Shown in pieces: positions 57,401-64,000 of a DNA stretch of 64,000 nt. The notes under the pieces were generated by a model that searched no databases, was not told the DNA's origin, and saw only the letters and a program-made list of their open reading frames with translations. Position 1 is the stretch's first letter. Every line of letters begins with the position of its first letter. Both the position numbers and the translations under genes were made by a program. This stretch comes from an uncultured Candidatus Saccharibacteria bacterium (GTDB lineage: Bacteria > Patescibacteriota > CAZHWT01), in NCBI GenBank assembly GCA_964554805.1, contig CAZKPX010000005.1, positions 15,935 through 79,934 on the forward strand, given 5' to 3'.

Positions 57401-59004
57401 GCTTTTATGTAAATGGCAGATATATAAGTAGCGGCACGGTCACGCCAACCACTGGAGCGGGCGGAGATGTTGTGTTGGGTCGCTCAGCCGTCTCTCAAAT
57501 TCTGGATTTCTCGGGAATAATAGATGACCTCAAAATCTACAACCACGCCCTGACCTCACAACAAATCGCCATCGACTACAACCAATCCTCAGCCATGGTC
57601 GTCGGAGCCACTTCAACTGAGCCAACCATCTCCGGAACTGGCCAGCCTGCCACCAAGCCCGCCAATTCCACCGACTCCCGCTACTGCGTCCCCGGCTCCG
57701 CCGACTACTGCGCCAAGCCGGTAGCTCATTATGATTTTGAAGAAGGGAGTGGTGTCACGGCTAAAGATATTTCAGGAAATGGCAATAACGCGTCCTTAGC
57801 AGGAAATGCAACTTGGAAGGTTGGTCATGCAGGAAAAGGACTATACCTTCCATCTGGTGGATCTAGCGGAACTGTATCGAGTATGGCTGGCCAGCTAGAG
57901 TCCGAGCTGACTGTAGAGGCATGGGTAGATTACTCCGCAACTGGCTCGGGTAATTTTAATCGTATTGTCAACAGAGGATGGGTCAACAATGGCTGGCTTT
58001 TGGGGGTATATAATCCCGGATCTGGAGATAGGGCTATGTTTGGCATTGGCCAATCAGGTGTTCAATACAACGCAACAACCTCCATTGTCCCAGGGAAAGT
58101 TCATTTGGTTGGCGTTTATGACGGGTCGAAAGTCGTACTATACGTCAACGGGATCCAAGTCAGCTCACTAAACCTCTCTGGGGCCACACTCGATATTTCA
58201 TCCAATATAATCCTCGGCACCTCCAATGTTACTCCTGAGACAGTCGATGACATCCGCATCTACAACTACGCCCGCACCCCCTCCCAAGTAGCTTGGGATT
58301 ACAACAACGGCAAACCAGTCGCCCATTACAAAATGGATGAATGCCAAGGCGCCGCCATCCACGACTCCTCCGATAACCACCTTCATGCTGCGTTGAATCT
58401 AGGATCTTCTGGAGTCACCTCAGCCGGCACCTGCAACACCCCAACAACCGCCTGGTCTCTGGGGAAGATGGGCAAAGTAAATAGTGCTATGAATTTTGAT
58501 GGAGTGGATGATGAGGTTACCATCCCTGTTAATCCCAAGTTAATCTTTGGCACTAGTGATTTTTCCTACTGCTTCTGGATCAAATCAACCGATAATCAAG
58601 GCATGGTAATGGGTCATGAGACCTGGGCTTATTCGGGCTGGGGGGCGTATGCTTGGGATGGTGGATTTATTAGATTTGAAATCAAAATGCCCAATCCGCC
58701 AGGCATAGGCTATTTTCTTGATTCGCCTGTAGTATTAAATGGCTCCTGGAACCATTTATGCGCCACGGTAGACCGCGATGACAGAATGATTGTGTATGCC
58801 AATGGCAATAGAGCAGGAAGTACTTCTATTGCCGCCAGCCAGTCAATAGCAGTCACTGGCAGCGGTTGGCCCCTATCAATCGGCAACGGCCTACCTGGAC
58901 CACTCCAAGGCCAAATCGACGACGTCCAAATCTTCAACTACGCCCTAACCCCCGACCAAATCAAAGTCATCCACAACGGCGGCGCAGTCAGGTGGGGACC
59001 ATGA
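54406..59004 (+). CDS. giant secreted/surface protein with multiple LamG/ConA-like lectin (Laminin_G_3-type) domains
   Basis: N-terminal signal-anchor AITMAVITMLGLGLPILGF. At least 7 modules, each beginning PV(A/G)HWKFDEG.G and ending DD(V/L)(R/K)IYNYA(R/L)TP.QI. 1532 aa. GTATACT lies 8 nt upstream of the ATG. Confidence 0.7.
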   Translation: MRLPFSALTLDKKQVPPILPGSSGRKSRIKSGLRRRLRTSTAITMAVITMLGLGLPILGFITPQTVQASQGWWNEDYRYRQVINISHATSQDNVYHQFQLDTSASGKFKGDCSDLRFTTQSGQEVPYHIVSGCGTNNTQVQLLFSTLPAGNQDLYLYYGNPQASIVSSADPFNSPASGVTINSTSAEQPSPAPVAHWKFDEGYGTTSNSSTTLTGNSGSAATMNWLAEDNCISGKCLRLDGTASTQITTADQPYFSPANNDMTISVWAKVPRQALAQASGDCGGDGAYLMTKGQASKYEWGLEIENNTSVCFTTWSIAGNDSTYVQANFQANDDRWHHYAVVVDSNYPSLYIDGRQVGVVTTFGQPISDDTAPVRIGGRNNEFYFTGDLDEPKIYNYTRTQQQIQQDYIAGAQSLARQQANLSNGLIGHWKMDEDSWNGTNGEVKDVSGNTNHGTAGGASPITGKYGNAGQFDGVDDYVETTNTLTSGNSTTLSAWVYATAGNARVISWADRSLRIGCTDGPGLKLCGMTDNSGDWPDRSIEGPDLSLNGWHHLVFTTQDNKYLKLYLNGVVVASRTLADDKMPGPVVDQINIGRSPYGWENQFFEGYLDEARLYNRALNQTEVSQLYTYAPGPSIQLNFEEKTGSTAYDTSGNNKHAQVSGSRTVGKYGGALRAQNATGASIATGYHYGQQNLTMMAWVKSTDTQDEQSRIMGSSYVDGYVWLNFRNGTPTLEYRSDTDGGYWLNSAGINIADGQWHHIAAIVDRSNNRQQLLIDGIVRADDNQQILEHWNNSSGTYPFRIGYQNAWPELALDGDIDDVRVYNYARTPSQILSDMQSSMPGELNPVGHWKFDENQGAVANDSSGLDHHGTLGCVGVGCQLPQWDSDSKDKSGLIFNGQSAADNSMVTIPASQQLNPINYSISGWIKPSSTYFDASGTIISNGFSGDLLYRIGLNPVEKRLFLQWYNGVTSTAIYTPNNTLSLDEWSYITVIKQGATGSFYVNGRYISSGTVTPTTGAGGDVVLGRSAVSQILDFSGIIDDLKIYNHALTSQQIAIDYNQSSAMVVGATSTEPTISGTGQPATKPANSTDSRYCVPGSADYCAKPVAHYDFEEGSGVTAKDISGNGNNASLAGNATWKVGHAGKGLYLPSGGSSGTVSSMAGQLESELTVEAWVDYSATGSGNFNRIVNRGWVNNGWLLGVYNPGSGDRAMFGIGQSGVQYNATTSIVPGKVHLVGVYDGSKVVLYVNGIQVSSLNLSGATLDISSNIILGTSNVTPETVDDIRIYNYARTPSQVAWDYNNGKPVAHYKMDECQGAAIHDSSDNHLHAALNLGSSGVTSAGTCNTPTTAWSLGKMGKVNSAMNFDGVDDEVTIPVNPKLIFGTSDFSYCFWIKSTDNQGMVMGHETWAYSGWGAYAWDGGFIRFEIKMPNPPGIGYFLDSPVVLNGSWNHLCATVDRDDRMIVYANGNRAGSTSIAASQSIAVTGSGWPLSIGNGLPGPLQGQIDDVQIFNYALTPDQIKVIHNGGAVRWGP

Positions 59005-62000
59005 AACACTTCTCCTTCCTCCCCACCCTCCCGTCATTGCGATCCGCCAACCGGCGGAGCAGCAATCCAGGACAGACTACTACCCCTAATAGATCATCAC
59101 TTCTTCCTGGATTGCCACGTCGCTCCACTCCTCGCAATGACGAGAGGGGTGGATTGCCACGTCGCTCCACTCCTCGCAATGACATACAAAAAACTACAGC
59201 CCTCACCCTCATTACCACCCTCATCCTCAGTCTCTTTCTACCTCTCGTAGGCTTCATCACTCCCCAAGCAGCCCAAGCCTCCAATGATTGGTGGAACGAA
59301 GACTATAGATACCGTCAAATTATAGAGGTAGATGCAGCTACTCCCCAAGATAGTGTCTACATAACCCTAACCCTAGATACCTCGGATACTACGAAGTTTA
59401 AGAATGATTGTTCTGACCTTAGATTTGTTACCCAATCGGGTCAACAAATTCCTTACCACATTGTCTCCGGCTGCACCACCAACAACACCCAAGTCCAAGT
59501 CCTCTACAGCAGTCTGCCAGCTTCAGTCTCCGACCTGTATCTCTATTATGGTAATCCCCAAGCCACCACCACCAACATCCCCGACCCCTTCAACAACCCC
59601 GCCACTGGCGTCACCACCGCCTTTGGCACCGAACAACAATCCCCAGCTCCGGTAGCTCATTGGAAGTTTGATGAAGGGTATGGTACGACAGTTAATTCCT
59701 CCACCCCAACCAACTACCCCGGCACCTTAACCAATGGCCCCGCCTGGCAGACTGAAGACATGTGCCCCTCTGGTAAATGCCTGTCTTTTGATGGAGTGGA
59801 TGATTGGGTAAATATAGGTCCAATAAACATACAAACAACTCAGACTATAACTATGAGTGCTTGGATTAATGTCAAGGAACATAAAAGCTGGAATAGTGTT
59901 ATCCGCAGCAATTGGGGTGGCGATGGAGGCTGGAGCCTTATCGTCAATGCATATGGCAGGTTGACGGCAGGAGTATGGAGTGATGGAATTGGCTATGCAG
60001 CTCTTTCGAGCGACTACTCTGTGAAAACCAATACATGGCACTATGTAGCTGGTGTGTATGATGGGCAAAGTCTAAGCGCCTATCTAGATGGAAAACTTGT
60101 AGATAACATTTCTTTGATTAATAAAAATATTATTTATACCAATAATGTAGCAATAAGCCATCCTTCTAGCTATTTCGATGGTCTGATAGACGACCCCAAA
60201 ATCTACTCTTACTCCCGCACCCAACAACAAATCCAGCAAGACTATGTCAAAGGCATCCAATCCCTCAACCAACAACAAGCCAATCTATCCAACGGCTTAG
60301 TCGGTCATTGGAAAATGGATGAAGCCAGTTGGAATGGCGCGGCGGAGGAAGTGAAGGATGCCAGCGGCAATACCAATCACGGCACTGCAACCAACGCCAC
60401 TATCACCTCACCAGCAAAATTTGGCAATGGCGGATCATTTAATGGCTCGACTACCTCAGTCAGCGTTACAGGAAGCGCCAGTCTGTCCCCAGACAAAGTA
60501 ACCCTCGCAGCCTGGGTCAAACCCGCAGCAGCTACTCAAAGTGGCTATGCTCGCCTGGTCGAAAAAAACTGGCAGAACTCGTATTACTTAGGCTTTGACA
60601 CCACCGGCACAAAGTTTAAAGGCATCTTTGCCAATAATTCCGCCCCCTACGGCACCCTCGATTCCGCCACAACGATTACTGCTGGAGTCTGGTATCATGT
60701 GGTCGTCACTCATGATGGGGTGACGGATAAACTCTATATAAATGGAGCATTAGAGGCAACACAAGCAAACACAACCACCCTCAATACTTCAATTGCTGAT
60801 GTATTCTTCGGCAAGCAATATAATGCGTCCCCTAGATACAACGGAGTTATGGATGAGGTAAGAATCTACAATCGAAGCCTTGCCTCAACCGAAGTCACCC
60901 AACTCTACAACCATGCCCCCAAGCCAGTGGCTTATTATGACTTCGAAGAGGGATCGGGCAACACTGCACATGATAAGTCTGGCAACAACAACCATGGAGC
61001 TCTAGTTAACAACCCTATTCGGTCCTCAGGAAAATTAGGTCAGGCCGTCGCCTATAATTCAAGCAATTATACTCAAGCAAGCAGCACGCCTTCATTATCC
61101 GTCTCTGGCAGCATCTCAGTCAGTGCTTGGGTTTATCGGAGTGAAGATCCGGCCGGCCAGCGACGTATTATAAGTAAGGAAGGGAATGTTGCTCCTTACG
61201 GTGATGGATATAGTCTGTATATTCATGGAGGATCGCTCTCTGCAAAGGTCGGCGACGGCGCTAATTGTTTTCACAACACTGGATCAGCGATACCCCTGAA
61301 CACCTGGACGCATGTGGCAATGGTAGCCAATGGTTCGACACTCACTTCGTATAAAAATGGAGTTCAAGTAGGACAAAGAAGTTGCGGAAGCCTGACAACT
61401 AACGCTTACGATCTCCACCTTGCCAGCAATCCATTTGGCTCAGAGCGTCTCATTGGCTCCATCGACGAAGTCAAAATCTACAACTACCCCCGCACCCCCG
61501 CCCAAATCCTCCAAGATATGCAATCCAGCATGCCCAATGAATTAAACCCTGTTGGGCATTGGAAGTTTGATGAAGGACAAGGGACAACAATTCAAAACTC
61601 TGGGGTAGCAGGATCAAGCCTTGATGGGACAAGCGCCAACCCTCAATGGACAGCCGGAAAAATAGCTGGGGCTCTAGATTTTAATAACACTAACTCCCAC
61701 AGCGTAGTTCTGCCCGCAGACTCTCAATTGCCAATCCATAATAATCGCACAGAGGGGTACAGTGTTAGCTTCTGGGTTAAGGGGCAACCAAATCAAACAA
61801 ACAGGCAGATCTACGCCGAAGGAAACCAAGGATCGGTCACGCCGCTATTTCTTATAGGTACTCGAGACTCCCCTCCGCTAACTGACAAGATACGCATCTT
61901 TGTGAGAAGTGACAGTGATGGAGATAGTCTTAACAAGGAGTCCAGTCAACCGGTTCTAGACAATACCTGGCATCATGTAGCTTGGACCGACAGCAATGGA

Positions 62001-63725
62001 CAAGGACGCCTATACATTGATGGTAAGCGCGACTCAACAGATTTTAGCTATACGCCAATGACAACCACTATCAATACGGCCACCATCGGTGCCCTTCGTC
62101 GCAATGGAGAAACGGGGAACCCCTTCATAGGTCAGATTGACGATCTCAAAATCTACAACTCCGCCCTAACCCCCCAACAAATCGCCATCGACTACAACCA
62201 ATCCTCAGCCATGATTGCCGGCGCCACCTCAACCGAACCCACCACTTCCGGAAGTGGTGCCGCAACCACCCAGCCCTCCCAATCCACCGACTCCAAATAC
62301 TGCGTCCCCGGCTCCACCGACTACTGTGCCAAGCCGGTAGGGGAGTGGAGCTTTGAAGATGGTGGCGGATCAACAGTCAAGGATACTTCAGGCAATAGCA
62401 ATAATGGTGCCTGGAACGGCAGCTTAGGCAATCAATGGGCTTCCGGCAAAAACGGCACAGCTGGTAGCCTTGATGGTTTAACAAACTACATAGAAGTTGC
62501 TGACAACGACAGTCTAGATTTTGGCACTGGAGATATGAGTATCTCAACCTGGGTGAAATCTACTCAACCAGACTCAGGAACCATACTACTCATAGATAAA
62601 AAAGGTGGTGGAGGCAACGGTCCTGGGTATAATATTAATTTAACCTCCGACGGCAGGCCTTACCTCAGAATAGCCAATGGCGCCACCCAGTTCAATTCTG
62701 GGGGGGCAGCAGTAGCAAGCATCAAAGACGGCAAGTGGCACCACCTCACCGGGGTATTAAGTAGGGCAGGCGGCACAGCCACCTTGATAATGTATTTAGA
62801 CGGTCAAAGGGTAGCATCCACAAGTAATGGTGGGGCCGCCAGCTGGGACATAAACTCAGCCGGACCATTGGTATTCGGTCGAATCAACACAGCAAACTCA
62901 GCTCATTTTCAAGGCCAAATGGACCAAATACGCATCTACAACTACGCCCGCACCCCATCACAAGTTGCCTGGGACTACAACAACGGCAAACCACTAGCCC
63001 ATTACAAAATGGATGAATGCCAAGGTGCCGCCATCCACGACTCCTCCGGCAATAACCTGCACGGCATACTAAACCTCGGCCTATCAGGTATTACTACTCC
63101 TGGCACCTGCAACTCCACCAACACCGCCTGGTCTCTAGGCAAAATGGGCAAGCGCAATGCTTCGATGAGTTTTGATGGAGTAGATGACTACGTGATAGTC
63201 AATAGCGGGGATAGTATGAAGAATGCTCAGGCAAATAATATATCTCTGGCCGCCTGGATAAAGATCCCTTCGTACTCGAGCACCAATGCATGGATAGTGC
63301 AGCTATCAGAGGGAATCCTTAGCTCTCCGGGAACATCTCATATTGGCCTGTACGTTAGAAACACTGGCACCCTGGGATTCAGAACCAGAGCTACCTCATT
63401 TGGGGCAACATCCACTACCCTAAGCAGCAGCATTCTGCCCCTTAACCAATGGCATCATGTGGTAGGCGTGACTGATAATCTGGGGATCATGAGACTTTAT
63501 ATCAACGGGCTTCCGGCCAAATCAACTGAAGAAACAGCGGTTATGCTAAGTAATCTAGACACCCTTAGCGTTGGAGCAGAACTGTCTAGCAGTAACAGCC
63601 AAACCTCAGCCCCCGAGGAGTATTTCCCTGGCCAAATCGACGACGTCCAAATCTTCAACTACGCCCTAACCCAAAAACAAATCGACGTCCTCTACAACGG
63701 AGGAGCCATCCGCTGGGGGCAATAA
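59001..63725 (+). CDS. giant secreted/surface LamG/ConA-like repeat protein, tandem paralog
   Basis: Same module architecture and a near-identical C terminus (QIDDVQIFNYALT...NGGA.RWG). The start is set at the ATG overlapping the upstream stop (ATGA). The N-terminal region contains two in-frame 33-nt repeats (GATTGCCACGTCGCTCCACTCCTCGCAATGAC) before the signal-anchor. Confidence 0.65.
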   Translation: MKHFSFLPTLPSLRSANRRSSNPGQTTTPNRSSLLPGLPRRSTPRNDERGGLPRRSTPRNDIQKTTALTLITTLILSLFLPLVGFITPQAAQASNDWWNEDYRYRQIIEVDAATPQDSVYITLTLDTSDTTKFKNDCSDLRFVTQSGQQIPYHIVSGCTTNNTQVQVLYSSLPASVSDLYLYYGNPQATTTNIPDPFNNPATGVTTAFGTEQQSPAPVAHWKFDEGYGTTVNSSTPTNYPGTLTNGPAWQTEDMCPSGKCLSFDGVDDWVNIGPINIQTTQTITMSAWINVKEHKSWNSVIRSNWGGDGGWSLIVNAYGRLTAGVWSDGIGYAALSSDYSVKTNTWHYVAGVYDGQSLSAYLDGKLVDNISLINKNIIYTNNVAISHPSSYFDGLIDDPKIYSYSRTQQQIQQDYVKGIQSLNQQQANLSNGLVGHWKMDEASWNGAAEEVKDASGNTNHGTATNATITSPAKFGNGGSFNGSTTSVSVTGSASLSPDKVTLAAWVKPAAATQSGYARLVEKNWQNSYYLGFDTTGTKFKGIFANNSAPYGTLDSATTITAGVWYHVVVTHDGVTDKLYINGALEATQANTTTLNTSIADVFFGKQYNASPRYNGVMDEVRIYNRSLASTEVTQLYNHAPKPVAYYDFEEGSGNTAHDKSGNNNHGALVNNPIRSSGKLGQAVAYNSSNYTQASSTPSLSVSGSISVSAWVYRSEDPAGQRRIISKEGNVAPYGDGYSLYIHGGSLSAKVGDGANCFHNTGSAIPLNTWTHVAMVANGSTLTSYKNGVQVGQRSCGSLTTNAYDLHLASNPFGSERLIGSIDEVKIYNYPRTPAQILQDMQSSMPNELNPVGHWKFDEGQGTTIQNSGVAGSSLDGTSANPQWTAGKIAGALDFNNTNSHSVVLPADSQLPIHNNRTEGYSVSFWVKGQPNQTNRQIYAEGNQGSVTPLFLIGTRDSPPLTDKIRIFVRSDSDGDSLNKESSQPVLDNTWHHVAWTDSNGQGRLYIDGKRDSTDFSYTPMTTTINTATIGALRRNGETGNPFIGQIDDLKIYNSALTPQQIAIDYNQSSAMIAGATSTEPTTSGSGAATTQPSQSTDSKYCVPGSTDYCAKPVGEWSFEDGGGSTVKDTSGNSNNGAWNGSLGNQWASGKNGTAGSLDGLTNYIEVADNDSLDFGTGDMSISTWVKSTQPDSGTILLIDKKGGGGNGPGYNINLTSDGRPYLRIANGATQFNSGGAAVASIKDGKWHHLTGVLSRAGGTATLIMYLDGQRVASTSNGGAASWDINSAGPLVFGRINTANSAHFQGQMDQIRIYNYARTPSQVAWDYNNGKPLAHYKMDECQGAAIHDSSGNNLHGILNLGLSGITTPGTCNSTNTAWSLGKMGKRNASMSFDGVDDYVIVNSGDSMKNAQANNISLAAWIKIPSYSSTNAWIVQLSEGILSSPGTSHIGLYVRNTGTLGFRTRATSFGATSTTLSSSILPLNQWHHVVGVTDNLGIMRLYINGLPAKSTEETAVMLSNLDTLSVGAELSSSNSQTSAPEEYFPGQIDDVQIFNYALTQKQIDVLYNGGAIRWGQ

Positions 63726-63868
63726 GCAAGCGCAGCTCGCTGAACTCTCTAACGCCCAACCTCGGAGGTTCTCTGAGTAGAGAACCTCCGAGGTTGGGCA
63801 AGTTCAGCCTGCCTCCAGCCCAATGAAGAGAGATCTGCTCGCGTCTGTTAGCTTCACTGTATCAGGCA

Positions 63869-63877
63869 TGCTATAAT
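63869..63877 (+). promoter_or_regulatory. extended -10 element TGcTATAAT
   Basis: 8 nt upstream of a candidate GTG start at 63885 (leaderless pattern). Confidence 0.3.
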
Positions 63878-63884
63878 ACTCCCC

Positions 63885-64000
63885 GTGATCAAAGGTACAA
63901 ACATTTCTTTTAACTATAATACGAGACAAATCCTGATTGATACCAGCTTTCTCATTCCGCGCAACTCCAAAGTAGCTTTGGTGGGGCCAAACGGTGCTGG
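63885..64000 (+). CDS. ABC-type ATP-binding protein (ABC-F-like N terminus), 5-prime partial
   Basis: Frame reads (M)IKGTNISFNYNTRQILIDTSFLIPRNSKVALVGPNGAG..., i.e. it runs into a Walker A motif at the window edge. A GTG start is assumed. Confidence 0.4.
   Translation, partial: MIKGTNISFNYNTRQILIDTSFLIPRNSKVALVGPNGA

Noticed and set aside
58866-59000. N-terminal 45 codons of the second giant ORF as given in the ORF track
   Set aside because: They overlap the end of the first giant gene in another frame. The ATG at 59001 overlapping the stop (ATGA) is the more likely start, although the true start could be even later, before the signal-anchor at about 59200.

Overview
This 64 kb window comes from a bacterial genome of roughly 45% GC, judged by eye; it looks like a small-genome or CPR-type organism. 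Many genes appear leaderless, and they come in ATGA-coupled runs.

Layout:
(1) The 3-prime end of a ribulose-phosphate epimerase gene, a membrane protein and an aldolase-like gene.
(2) A tRNA-Glu(CUC) locus carrying what looks like two tandemly accreted genomic islands (about 2.3-31.6 kb), each ending in a similar tRNA-3-prime-like att repeat plus terminator module.
 - Island 1 (about 24.5 kb) is ICE-like. It has a large serine recombinase next to the tRNA and a T4SS set: pilin-like protein, VirB6-like protein, VirB3-like protein, split VirB4, M23 hydrolase and VirD4/TraG-type coupling protein. It also carries an HNH nuclease, a RadC-like JAB protein with a heavily structured upstream region, and a 1356-aa SNF2-helicase/gamma-class N6-adenine methyltransferase fusion with a 552-aa partner. 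Further along are an atypical two-component pair (TM-anchored receiver-only protein plus soluble histidine kinase), several unknown proteins including a multi-zinc-ribbon protein, and leaderless XRE-type regulators.
 - Island 2 (about 4.8 kb) carries a membrane protein and a small secreted bacteriocin-like protein divergent from a MacB/FtsX-type ABC transporter whose permease is frameshifted.
(3) Core-like genes: a GH13 alpha-glucan hydrolase, an inositol monophosphatase family protein, class II fructose-bisphosphate aldolase, an ABC exporter, a prepilin-like protein, pyruvate kinase, a beta-lactamase-fold protein, a PQQ sugar dehydrogenase, and a metal-related pair (YHS/MauE plus DUF305).
(4) A GC-rich promoter-to-terminator unit of about 320 nt that looks like an unclassified structured ncRNA.
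(5) A surface-protein locus: a 904-aa Gly/Thr-rich repeat protein and two tandem giant (1532 and about 1575 aa) LamG/ConA-like repeat proteins. The locus is flanked by REP-like palindromes (core TCCGCCAGCTGGCGGA) and perfect 51-bp tandem direct repeats.

No CRISPR array and no rRNA were seen. All functional calls rest on motif recognition by eye, without database searches.
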